The notes below the pieces were generated by a model. That model did not search any database. It saw nothing but the letters and a program-made list of their open reading frames with translations, and was not told the origin of the DNA. From positions 120,158,001 through 120,222,000 of the forward strand of contig CM059431.1 of the NCBI GenBank assembly GCA_030390025.1: a stretch of DNA of 64,000 nt. Reading direction: 5' to 3'. Position 1 is the first letter of the stretch; every line of letters begins with the position of its first letter. This document shows, piece after piece, positions 43,413 through 53,029 of the stretch. The position numbers and the translations under genes were made by a program. Source of the stretch: Squalus acanthias. Taxonomy: Eukaryota.

Positions 43413-46400
43413 TTAAATTCTGAGAAGGCTGCTGCGAGCTCTTCCCGACGGTGGGAGGGCACTGACCCTTCCCTCTGATCTGCCGCAGCCTGTTGCTGCG
43501 CTGACCTTTCCCTCTGATCTGCCGCAGCCTGTTACTGCTGCGATGTGGCCGGTCTGTACCCGGGTTATCTTAACCTGAAGTCTACGCCTTGGGGCAGTCT
43601 GGGGACATGACCACATCCTCCTGGGCTGGGGTTCTCTGCTTGACCTACGGGGAGTTGCTATGGGCGGGGGTTCCGTGACGGACGGACCGGGTTCCGAGAC
43701 CTCCAACGGGATGACCTGGGGTTCCATCACAGTCGCCGGCTCCGCCTCCGCTGACTCCGCCTCCCTAACCTCGGGGCTGGCAGTTCGTGGCTCCGCCCTG
43801 CTCGGCCCAGCAGGCGGCCCTTCACTCGTGATCTCTGCCTCCCCTGAGGACTGGACGTTCAAAGCGGGCGGCCACATCTCTGGGAGCCACACCGGTACTC
43901 TCTGTGCTCCTATAGCGGCTGGCCCTGCCTCCTCTAGCTCCTCCCTCCTGTCCTCGGGACCTGCAGCTTGTGTGTCCACCCTGTGTGGGTCTCTACCTAT
44001 AGGCCCCATTCCTTCCAGACCGTTCCTCAGGAACCACCCGTCATCATCACTATGCTCATCTGCACTATCCTCATCTGACCAGGGTACCCTGGGTTCTTCC
44101 TCATCTAACCCCCAACTCCAGAAAAACGCTGCATGATCGTCCGGGATGTCCCTTCCCCTGATGCAAGCTGCTATGCCTGCCTGTGTGCCTTGTGGTCCTA
44201 CCTGGGGCTGTGCTTTCCCATTGGCGGGATTTACCCCTGTAGTTTTCCCCTGCGCACCTGGCTGGTACAGTTTGCATTGGTTTATGTGGAACCACTTAGT
44301 GCGCCGAGGTACTTTTACGGCGTAAACCATGGGACTCGCCTTGTCTACAATGTTGTAGGGTCCCATATACAGTGGTTCCAGACTCCCTACTCTGGCGTAG
44401 TTTCTGACCATGACCTGGTCTCCTACTTCCCACTCCCGCGTTTTGCGGGGTTCCAGCAACAAGCGATTGCCCTGATGCTGCCTTCCCATGTTCCCAGCCG
44501 CCTGCTCATAAACTTGCTTCAGGCGCTCCAAGAGAGTCTGGGCGAACTTGTCCCTGCTTATCTCTTGGAGCTGACCCTCAGTGAGCACCGGTGCTAGCAC
44601 ATGGGTGGGGGTTCGCATGAGCCTCCCAGTCATTACCTCGTGCGGGGAGTACCCCGTACTTTTTGACTGACTGGCCCGGACCCCCATGAGGACTAAAGGC
44701 AGAACTTCCGCCCATTTTTGGGGCGAGTTCCTAGTCTCTTTCCTCAATTTCTCCTTCAGGGTCCGGTTCATACGTTCAACAATCCCGGATGACTGGGGAT
44801 TGTGTGCTACGTGCCACTTCCCTTCAATGCCCAAAAGCATGAGGGTGTTCTGCATCACCTGGCCGGTGAAATGACTCCCTTGGTCTGACTCCACAAAACG
44901 GGGAAGTCCCCACCGCGAGAACACTTCCCGGACCAAGATTTTTGCTGTACCCAGTGCCGTAGCTGTTCGACAAGGGAAGGCTTCCACCCACTTGGAAAAC
45001 ACATCCACCAGGACGAGGCAGTACTTATAACCTCCCTGGGTGGTGGGCAGGGGTCCTATATAGTCGATCTGTATCGACTGCCATGGTCCCTCTACCCTTC
45101 TTACGTGTCCCATGGGCACCTTCCTTTTCTGGGGGTCTGGGTTGTTTGCAGCGCACACAAGACAGTTTGCACAGAACTCGCGGACTTGTTCCCTGAGCCC
45201 TGGCCACCATCCCGCTTGCTCTACCCGTTGCCAGGTAACCTCGGGCCCGGGGTGCCCTGCCCCTGGTCCCTCGTGAGCCAACTGGAGGAATTCCCTCCTG
45301 TGCTGCTGCGGCACAACCCACTGCTCCTCGCGGAACAGCATGCCTTCCTTAACTGAGAGGGTTGCCGTACTGTACGGACCTTCTACCCGCCTCCCCTCAG
45401 CAATCGTTTTTAGGACTGCTTTTAGGGCGGGATCCTGGGCTTGGACGGTCTTGAGGTCTAGGGGCAATGCTACCCTGGTGTTCCCGGGATTCCCATCCCC
45501 GCCTCGGACCGCTGCTATGGGTCCGGTCCTATAGGGGTTCCAGAAAATGCCGTCGCGGGCACCCTCCCTGGCTAGCGCATCCGCCTGCCGGTTGCCCTCC
45601 CCACGGGGCTCTGTGGAGGAGTGAGCTTTCACCTTATGGATGAAAGTCTCTCCTTCCTCCCCTACTGCTGCTGCTAAGATCTTTTCCAGCAAGGGCTTCA
45701 CCGTTAAAGGTCGCCCGTCCGCGGAGGTGTATCCGCGGCGGGACCAAATGGCCAGGTATTCCGTACACGAATTGCAGGTGAACATACTGTCCGAGCAAAT
45801 CGTGTATGGGGTTGGGAAAATGTCTGGGTGGGTCACAACGTACACCACGGCAGACAGCTCAGCCTGCTGCGCGCTCATGGTGCTAGGGAGCTTGATTGCC
45901 AGGGCAAGGTCTGCCGCAGGGTCATAAACTCCACACCCTGTGAGTCGCTCGCCAGCAGACACTGTGCTAGACCCATCAACATAAATCTCGCGCCCAGTGG
46001 GATGTATCCCGGCCCGTAAACCTATGTTGACATCCCACACCCCTTCCACCGAACACCGGTGGGCTGTACCGGGGTATACCAAATTGGCCGCAAGCCTGGG
46101 CTCGCAAAGACCTTTTACTCTAAGATCCAACTGGGAGAGAAGAAGGGTCCAACGCGCAATGCGTGCGCTGCTTACGGTCCCGTCTTTAATCCTCCCATCC
46201 AGAAGCATCTTAGTTGGTGTGTGATGTGTGAGGAGAGTGATGGGAGAGAGCCCTGTGAAGATCGCTGATCTTTTCACAGCCCAATGCGTGGCTAAAAGGT
46301 GCCTTTCGCAATTGGAGAAACTTCTCTCCACATCCGTTAATACCCTGGATGAGTAGACAACCGGCCTCAGCTTGCCGTGACGCTCTTGGAGCAGCACGGC

Positions 46401-47936
46401 GCTTAAGCTGTCTCCGCTGGCAGCTACCTCCAGGAAAAACTCCTTCCCCCCATCTATGGCCCCTAAGGCTGGCGCGGTCTGCAGATCCCCTTTTAACTTC
46501 TCGAAGGCTGCTTGGCAGCCCTCGTCCCAAAGCCACTCCACCCCCTTATGGAGGAGTCGGAGGAGCGGCGCCGCTGTGGCCGCATAATCTTCGATAAAAT
46601 CCCTGCAGTAACCGGTCAGTCCCAAGAAGGACCTCACACCCCTTACGTTGTTGGGAATCGGTAATTCTTGCACCGACTCCCTCCTTGCTTTGTCTATGGC
46701 TCTTTCCCCAGCGCGTATGGTCAGTCCCAGGAATTTTACTTCCCGCTGACCGATACGTGCTTTCTTAGGGTTTATTTTAAAACCCTTTCTCGCTAACAGT
46801 TCCAATAACTCGTCCAGTAGTGGTCCGTGCTCCTCCCTTGAGTCCGTAAATAGGAGCAAATCATCCACATACTGTACTATCTGATTGGGCTGACTAAACT
46901 CCTTTAAGCTTCCTGCCATACACTGATGAAAAATACTGGGGCTATTGTGGAAACCCTGTGGCAGACAGTTCCACGTGTACTGTTGCCCTTTGAAAGTAAA
47001 GGCAAACTTGTACTGGTCCTCTCGCCGCAGCGGGATGGACCAAAAACCGTTCGAGATATCCAGCACCGTGAACGTGGTCGCGGACGCTGGGATGCTCCCT
47101 ATTAGGTCAGCAACTGCTGCTACTGTGGGCGCGCAGGCGGGAATGTTACTGTTAAGGACTCTGTAGTCCACCGTGGCTCTCCACGAATTATCCGGCTTCC
47201 TAACCGGCCATAATGGGGAGTTCACGTGTGTGGCTATCGGCCTCAACACGCCCTGCTGCACCAAGGAAGACATTGCTGTCTCCATATCGGGTTCTGCTTC
47301 TTTGGGGAAGTTATACTGCTTTTGGGGTCGGGTCATGGGGTCCCCATCTACGCTGACCTCAAACCCGACCACTCTCCCACAATCGTGCTTGTGGGTTGCA
47401 AACGCGTGCATATTATCTGACACGTACGTTTGCATGTCCGTTGGGACATCTGCGACCATAAGCCTGAGGTCGTAGCCTCCGGATGGCTGTACGGTACACA
47501 GGACCCCTGTTTCTTCCTCCCCCGGAATCACTATTACCTCGCCTTTTTCACCTTTAGCCCCCCAGAGACAGTGATTTCTGAGGTCCACGAGGATCCCGTG
47601 TCCCGCTAGGAGATCGGACCCGAGAATACCTCTTCCACCCCCCTTTTGCCATGCCATCAGTATACACTTCCACTTAAGGCGAAGTGTTCCTAAACGAATG
47701 GATAGCGGAAGGGAAAACGTGCCAGCCTGTTCTTTTCCTGTGAACCCTGCCAACGTGAATGGGACCTTGGTAGATAGCGGCGAGTCAAAAGGGTTATCTG
47801 TATGGATTATGGTGCAAGAAGCTCCCGTGTCCAACAAATAACTGCCCTTCTGTTTCTCTACCTCCATCTCCACCACAGGTCGCCTCCACGCATCATAGCT
47901 AAGCGGACACAGGTAGACGGGCTGTGCTGGTTCTAG
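43413..47936 (-). CDS. pol: Pol: aspartic protease, RT, degenerate RNase H (tether), RNase H, integrase, GPY motif, about 290-aa low-complexity tail; probably made by gag stop readthrough
   Basis: LLDTGAS and GILGSDLL; LPQGFHNSP and YVDD; IYVDGSS..AEL..SDS..GNRQAD; HHCC plus IDYIGP, SDQGSHF, VERMN. The frame is open right up to the gag TGA. Confidence 0.96.
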   Translation of the reverse strand, partial: LEPAQPVYLCPLSYDAWRRPVVEMEVEKQKGSYLLDTGASCTIIHTDNPFDSPLSTKVPFTLAGFTGKEQAGTFSLPLSIRLGTLRLKWKCILMAWQKGGGRGILGSDLLAGHGILVDLRNHCLWGAKGEKGEVIVIPGEEETGVLCTVQPSGGYDLRLMVADVPTDMQTYVSDNMHAFATHKHDCGRVVGFEVSVDGDPMTRPQKQYNFPKEAEPDMETAMSSLVQQGVLRPIATHVNSPLWPVRKPDNSWRATVDYRVLNSNIPACAPTVAAVADLIGSIPASATTFTVLDISNGFWSIPLRREDQYKFAFTFKGQQYTWNCLPQGFHNSPSIFHQCMAGSLKEFSQPNQIVQYVDDLLLFTDSREEHGPLLDELLELLARKGFKINPKKARIGQREVKFLGLTIRAGERAIDKARRESVQELPIPNNVRGVRSFLGLTGYCRDFIEDYAATAAPLLRLLHKGVEWLWDEGCQAAFEKLKGDLQTAPALGAIDGGKEFFLEVAASGDSLSAVLLQERHGKLRPVVYSSRVLTDVERSFSNCERHLLATHWAVKRSAIFTGLSPITLLTHHTPTKMLLDGRIKDGTVSSARIARWTLLLSQLDLRVKGLCEPRLAANLVYPGTAHRCSVEGVWDVNIGLRAGIHPTGREIYVDGSSTVSAGERLTGCGVYDPAADLALAIKLPSTMSAQQAELSAVVYVVTHPDIFPTPYTICSDSMFTCNSCTEYLAIWSRRGYTSADGRPLTVKPLLEKILAAAVGEEGETFIHKVKAHSSTEPRGEGNRQADALAREGARDGIFWNPYRTGPIAAVRGGDGNPGNTRVALPLDLKTVQAQDPALKAVLKTIAEGRRVEGPYSTATLSVKEGMLFREEQWVVPQQHRREFLQLAHEGPGAGHPGPEVTWQRVEQAGWWPGLREQVREFCANCLVCAANNPDPQKRKVPMGHVRRVEGPWQSIQIDYIGPLPTTQGGYKYCLVLVDVFSKWVEAFPCRTATALGTAKILVREVFSRWGLPRFVESDQGSHFTGQVMQNTLMLLGIEGKWHVAHNPQSSGIVERMNRTLKEKLRKETRNSPQKWAEVLPLVLMGVRASQSKSTGYSPHEVMTGRLMRTPTHVLAPVLTEGQLQEISRDKFAQTLLERLKQVYEQAAGNMGRQHQGNRLLLEPRKTREWEVGDQVMVRNYARVGSLEPLYMGPYNIVDKASPMVYAVKVPRRTKWFHINQCKLYQPGAQGKTTGVNPANGKAQPQVGPQGTQAGIAACIRGRDIPDDHAAFFWSWGLDEEEPRVPWSDEDSADEHSDDDGWFLRNGLEGMGPIGRDPHRVDTQAAGPEDRREELEEAGPAAIGAQRVPVWLPEMWPPALNVQSSGEAEITSEGPPAGPSRAEPRTASPEVREAESAEAEPATVMEPQVIPLEVSEPGPSVTEPPPIATPRRSSREPQPRRMWSCPQTAPRRRLQVKITRVQTGHIAAVTGCGRSEGKVSAATGCGRSEGRVSALPPSGRARSSLLRI

Positions 47937-49748
47937 TCATGGGGCACTATTAGACGGTCCTGCGGCACCTACGGGGCCGGTTGCGACCGCCACCTGTCCA
48001 CGCGCATTCAAAACCAGCTTGCGCATGGCTCCTAACACTGCTTCGAGGTCGTCGGGAGGGGTGGGTGCCTTGGCTTCCTTAGCCGGGACAGGCGCCTGGG
48101 CTCGCACCGCGGGATTTTTATCCTTGGAATCCTTCCAAGGGTTCCTGCAATGCTTGCGCCAGTGCCCTGTCTTCCCACACCCGTAACAAGCATTACTTGC
48201 CTGTGGGGCGCGATTACCCTCCTGATGCCACTCTCTTTGATACGGGGCTGCGGGTCGTACCTCATGTACTCTTCCCTTAAGGGGACGTGTTGCCATACCC
48301 CTTATATTGCGATAACCTAACGTGAGTCGATTCAAGACCGACTCTTCCGTAATGTTGAGGTCATTGGGATCAAACCATGCTTTTGCCTGCTCTCTAACGG
48401 CTGGTAAACTGTTGGCTATTATGCACCTAAGCCAATGAGTTAAAGCGGCGCCTTCCACATCTTCGCGCTCGGGCGCACCTAGACAGCTGCGCTCATATAC
48501 TGGCCACAGCCTGTCGGCAAAAACCTTCGGGGGTTCTCCCTCCATCTGCACTGTCTGTCCCACTCTAGCAAACGGACCTTCGTCGTTCGCCCCCAACACT
48601 TCTAGGACCTCGTTCTTTAATTCCTCATAACTCTTGGTTCCCCTCTTGCTCTCGCCTGAGAGACACTGAAGGACCGAGCTGTCTAATGAGAACAGCAGCA
48701 TTTTTGCTGTCTCCCCATCATCGCAGCCGTTAATGGCTGCGGCTTGCTCAACTTCTCTGAAATGTACGGAAGGGTCGTCTATCTCGGTCAGCTTCCGTAC
48801 GTGATTTATCATAGCTCTCAGCTGATGTGAACTGTGAGGCAACACCAGCTGTCCGAGGAGATCCCCCGGTTCTTCCCCACCGTTTCTGCTTGGGCCCCTT
48901 TTAATACCCGTTACTGGATACAACGATCCCTTTTCTGCTTCCTTTTCAAAGGGCTCTTTTGTTTCTTCCATTGCTTCCTCCCTAACCCAGGTTTCTGAAT
49001 AGCTGGGTGGCGCGGAGGGCGCAGTGGCTACTACTTCTTCTGCTTTACTTGGTGGGGATTTTCTAAATCTCTCATTTACTAGCGGCTGGTGCGCCGACGG
49101 ATTGATAAGGCACACCATGCCGTTCGCATTGTTCACGGCCTTTTTGAGGTTCTCTATCTCCCTTTGGCAGGCGCTATGATCGGCTCCCTGAAACTTATCC
49201 TCAAGGGCCAACTTATATGCCGACCTAACCCCCATTAAGCTCTCTTCTTGAGTTCTTATCTGGGCAGCTTGGCGGTTACATCTTTCCTTTAACCTGCTCT
49301 CATTCAATTTTGCCTCAGTGACCTGGCACTCGAGATAATCTATCCTTGTTTTAAGGTGACTGGAGACTTCCTGGCTTTCTTGGTGTAACTCATTTAAATT
49401 CTTAATGAGCACCTCCCCTCCAGAAACCTTCTCCTCCATTTCTCCCTCTAAATGACTGATTCGAGCTACTAGCGCTGTAATGGTCTGGTTTGAAATCTGA
49501 ACCTGCCTTTTGTAACACATAAGCCAGACTGCTTTCTCAAGTGTCTTTCTATGTTCTTTACTATCTGTCCACCTTTCAGCTGCCTCTAGTGGGCTCTTAT
49601 CCGCTAACAATTCACTTATCCATTTCTTAGTTAGATTAACCTTTCCAAACACATAATCCGCTATCTTTTCCTGCATAACATTTCGTACAGTCATTCCAAA
49701 ATCTAACACACTACCCTCTCGCTGCCAGTGTCCTGCCGCGGTCGCCAT
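47937..49748 (-). CDS. gag: Gag, 603 aa (coiled coil, PSAPPSY late domain, capsid-like region, CCHC knuckle)
   Basis: ATG in AAAATGG context at 49748; CYGCGKTGHWRKHC; uninterrupted. Confidence 0.93.
   Translation of the reverse strand: MATAAGHWQREGSVLDFGMTVRNVMQEKIADYVFGKVNLTKKWISELLADKSPLEAAERWTDSKEHRKTLEKAVWLMCYKRQVQISNQTITALVARISHLEGEMEEKVSGGEVLIKNLNELHQESQEVSSHLKTRIDYLECQVTEAKLNESRLKERCNRQAAQIRTQEESLMGVRSAYKLALEDKFQGADHSACQREIENLKKAVNNANGMVCLINPSAHQPLVNERFRKSPPSKAEEVVATAPSAPPSYSETWVREEAMEETKEPFEKEAEKGSLYPVTGIKRGPSRNGGEEPGDLLGQLVLPHSSHQLRAMINHVRKLTEIDDPSVHFREVEQAAAINGCDDGETAKMLLFSLDSSVLQCLSGESKRGTKSYEELKNEVLEVLGANDEGPFARVGQTVQMEGEPPKVFADRLWPVYERSCLGAPEREDVEGAALTHWLRCIIANSLPAVREQAKAWFDPNDLNITEESVLNRLTLGYRNIRGMATRPLKGRVHEVRPAAPYQREWHQEGNRAPQASNACYGCGKTGHWRKHCRNPWKDSKDKNPAVRAQAPVPAKEAKAPTPPDDLEAVLGAMRKLVLNARGQVAVATGPVGAAGPSNSAP
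49730..49747 (-). promoter_or_regulatory. Primer-binding site TGGCGACCGCGGCAGGAC (tRNA-Ser-like pattern)
   Basis: TGG starts 5 nt after the LTR-terminal CA. TGGCG-N7-CAGGA resembles complements of vertebrate tRNA-Ser 3' ends; the exact tRNA is not verified. Confidence 0.65.
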
Positions 49749-49752
49749 TTTC

Positions 49753-51475
49753 TGTAAGGGATTCCTGACCCTGCGTGTCTCGCAGCCTGTGAGATTCACG
49801 CGGCTCTGTGCAGCCTGTATGTCAGTGCGGGTCTAGGCCTTGTTGCCTGTTCTGGTCTCCAGCCAGTCTAGGAACACTAGACACACCTGCGAGTGGTTCG
49901 AATCACTCTCCCTTACGGTTCTAGACACTGGACTTAGATGCGAGAGCAGTAATGGAGATAAAACTCATGTAGACTTGGTTTGAATGGTACGAAATGGAAA
50001 ATCTTTATTGCATGATACTTAAAATTATGAAATACATGTCATAAGCACAGATTAATGACAGTACAATCTTACAAACAGTTATATAGTCGATCTTAGGGAA
50101 ACGAGGAACGAACGGCACAAAGTAAATAGGGGCACACATTACAAATATCCTTAATCCTTAAACCCTCCCCTATCAATATCTATCCTAAACTAGATTCGTA
50201 GGATCTCGAGACTCATGCTCACCACTCGTGATAACTCGGAGAAATTCCGAATAGCTGATCGGATGTTTTTCACCGCAGCACCCACGTGTCGGTCAGGAGA
50301 TCTCCTGGTCCCACTTGTTTACTTGCTTCTGCTGCTCCGGCTAGCAGGCTGGACCGTCTGCTGTGATGAAGACCTGTGTTGGTTGGCTTAACAGGTACTC
50401 TTGGAGCACAGTTGTCAATATCATCGATACGATGTGTTTTCACGTTCCAATCTCCTTGGACACAGTCCCGTTATCGTCGATGCAATATGTTTTGTTAAAA
50501 GTTCAAAAGAGAAATCTTCCTGGCGAGGAAAACTTGGCTAATCGACCTACAGGCGCGGTCGGGATTTACTGACCGTGGCGATGGATATGGTCTTCCTCTC
50601 TTCTCATCTCATCTCATCTCATCTCATCTCATCTCGGGCCTTTGGTTCCGCTGCCAGTTACCAACATAGGTCTTCGTTACGCGACACGAGGTAGATCCGA
50701 ACGGATCAGAAAGTTCAACAGTCTTTTCAGAAGAGGCAACAGGCAAGCAGAAGCCCAACTACGAGTACACAGGAGCAGCCACGAGGTTACGAATCGACCG
50801 GATAAAGGCACAGGAGCAAGCGAGCGAATGCAAGAGCAAGAGAGAGAATGGACGGTTTGGAGCCTGCAATTATAGTGCAAAAATCTTCCGTTTCCCGCCC
50901 AACTATAATGTCCATTCTTTTGTTTAGGGTTTGGCGCCCAAATGTCTTGTATGGGTGATCTCCGTTCTTAATGGGTTTCGGGGCTACTCGTAAATGTCTG
51001 AGTACCTGTTAATATTTCTCCCATTGTTAAATCGGTCGGTGTTCTCCCTGGAGGGGTTTGGGGCTTCCAAGTGTCCTGTATAACTACCTGCTAACGGCTC
51101 TCTCATCGTAGAGTCGTTGGGATTTTACATATTAATGTCTTTTGGATGGGCCCTTGAGTACTCGGTACAATGGCTTTCCTTTGTACCTGGGAGACCGATT
51201 CCAGTATCTATGTTTATACTGCAAACCCATAATGTCTCGTGTATTATCTTCACTGTGCTGAATCGTAATCGATCTTGCACAAATGTTTATTGGAACGCCA
51301 TCTTGTCTGCCTGTTGAAAAGTCTAGAATGTTCTGTCACGAGGTGCGGCGGCCATTTTACAGGCTGCTTGTGTCCAATTTAAACCTGCCAGCATTCTGCT
51401 GAAATAAAAGCTGTTTGAACGAAACTTTGTGTTTTCTCCTTATTAATCACATCGCGATATATTGCGAATTCTACA
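49753..51475 (-). repeat. 5' LTR of copy B (1723 bp)
   Basis: Minus strand TGTAGAATTCGC...CCCTTACA; TATAAT at 50869-50874 with an upstream GC box. Confidence 0.97.
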
Positions 51476-52384
51476 CCCATATAGGTCCTAGCTATGCCTA
51501 CCTTTTCGTGGGATATATGAAACATTCTTTGTTCAAGTGCTACTCAGGTCCCCTCCCTCACCTCTTTATCCGGTACATTGATGACTGTCTCGGTGCCGCT
51601 TCCTGCTCTCGACCTGAACTAGAAAATTTCATTCCCCTTGCTTCCAATTTCCACCCTTCCCTCACCTTCACATGGTCCATCTCCGACTCTTCCCTTCCCT
51701 TCCTCAACTTCTCCGTCAACATTTCTGGGGATAGGCTATCGACAAATATCAACTGTAAGCCCACTGACTCCCACAGCTACCTGGACTACACTTCCTCCCA
51801 CCCCACTTCCTGTAAGGACTCAATTCCATTCTCCCAGTTTCTCTGTCTCCGTCTGTTTTGCCAACTTCCATACTAGTGCTAACGATATGTCTTCCTTTTT
51901 CCTCAACCGAGAATTCCCCTCTACCATGGTTGACACGGTCCTCGACTGTGTCCATTCCATTTCCCGTACTTCTGCTCTTGCCCATTCCCCTCCCTCCGAG
52001 AACCACAATAGAGTTCCCATTGTCCTCACCTTTCATCCCACCAGCCTCCACATTCAATGGATCATCCTCCGCCATTTCTGCCACCTCCAGCGTGAGCCCA
52101 CCACCAAACACATGTTCCCCTCCCCTCCACTTTCAGCATTCTGAAGGGACCACTCCCTCCGCAACACCCTGGTCCACTCTTCAATCACCCCCAACACCCC
52201 CACCCCTTTCGACGGCACCTTCCCATGCAAGCGCAGGAGATGCAACACTTGCTCTTTTACCTCCTTCCTTCCCACTGTCCAGGGCCCCAAACACGGCTTC
52301 TGTGTGAAACAGCGATTTACTTGTACTTCTTGCAATTTAGTATACTGTATTCGCTGCTTATGATGCGGTCTCCTGTACATTAAG
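51476..52384 (+). mobile_element. Penelope-like element, RT 3' part and start of GIY-YIG region
   Basis: GPSYA, RYIDD, LPFL, KPTDSH.YL, Cys motifs. Removing the provirus restores AMGTHIGPSYA. Confidence 0.85.
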
Positions 52385-53020
52385 ATCATAAGAACATAAG
52401 AAATAGGAGTAGAAGTAGGCCATTTGGCACTTCAAGCATGCTCCGCCATTCAAAAAGATCATGGCTGATCTTCTACGTCATCTCCACTTTCCTGCACTAT
52501 CCCATATCTCTTGATTCCCTTAATATTCAAAAATCTATCGATCTCTGTCTTGAATATACTCAACAACTGAGCCTCCACAGCCCTCTGGGGTAGAGAATTC
52601 CAAAGATTCACCACACTCTGAGTGAAGAAATTTCTCCTCATCTCAGTCCTAAATGGCCGACCCCTTATTCTGAGACTGTGACCCCTTGTTCTAGACTCCC
52701 CAGCCAGGGGAAACATCCTCCCTGCATCTACCCTGTCAAGTCCTGTAAGAATTTTGTATGTTTCAATGAGATCCCCTCTCATTCTTCTAAACTCTAGAGA
52801 ATTAAGGCCCAGGCTACTCAATCTCTCCTCATAGGACAATCCACCCATTCCAGAAATCAGTCTGGTGAACCTTCATTGCACTCACTCTATGGCAAGTATA
52901 TCCTTCCTTAGGTAAGGACCAAAACTGTACACAATACTCCAGGTGTGGTCTCACCAGGGCCCTATATAATTGCAGTAAGACATCTTTACTCAAATCCGCT
53001 TGTAATACCATTTGCTTTCC
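52385..53020 (-). mobile_element. CR1 LINE 3' fragment
   Basis: [36 protein letters not shown], and a (TTCTTATG)n tail. Confidence 0.9.
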
Positions 53021-53029
53021 TAATTCCAC

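Larger units (their letters stand above)
38620..51475 (-). mobile_element. Full-length endogenous retrovirus-like provirus, copy B (12,856 bp; lokiretrovirus-like)
   Basis: Paired LTRs, 4-bp TSD CCCA (38616-38619 and 51476-51479), PBS, PPT, uninterrupted gag, pol and env. Confidence 0.96.

Noticed and set aside
49749..49799. Gag start at 49799 as in the ORF track
   Set aside because: It is a GTG inside U5; the ATG at 49748 has strong Kozak context.
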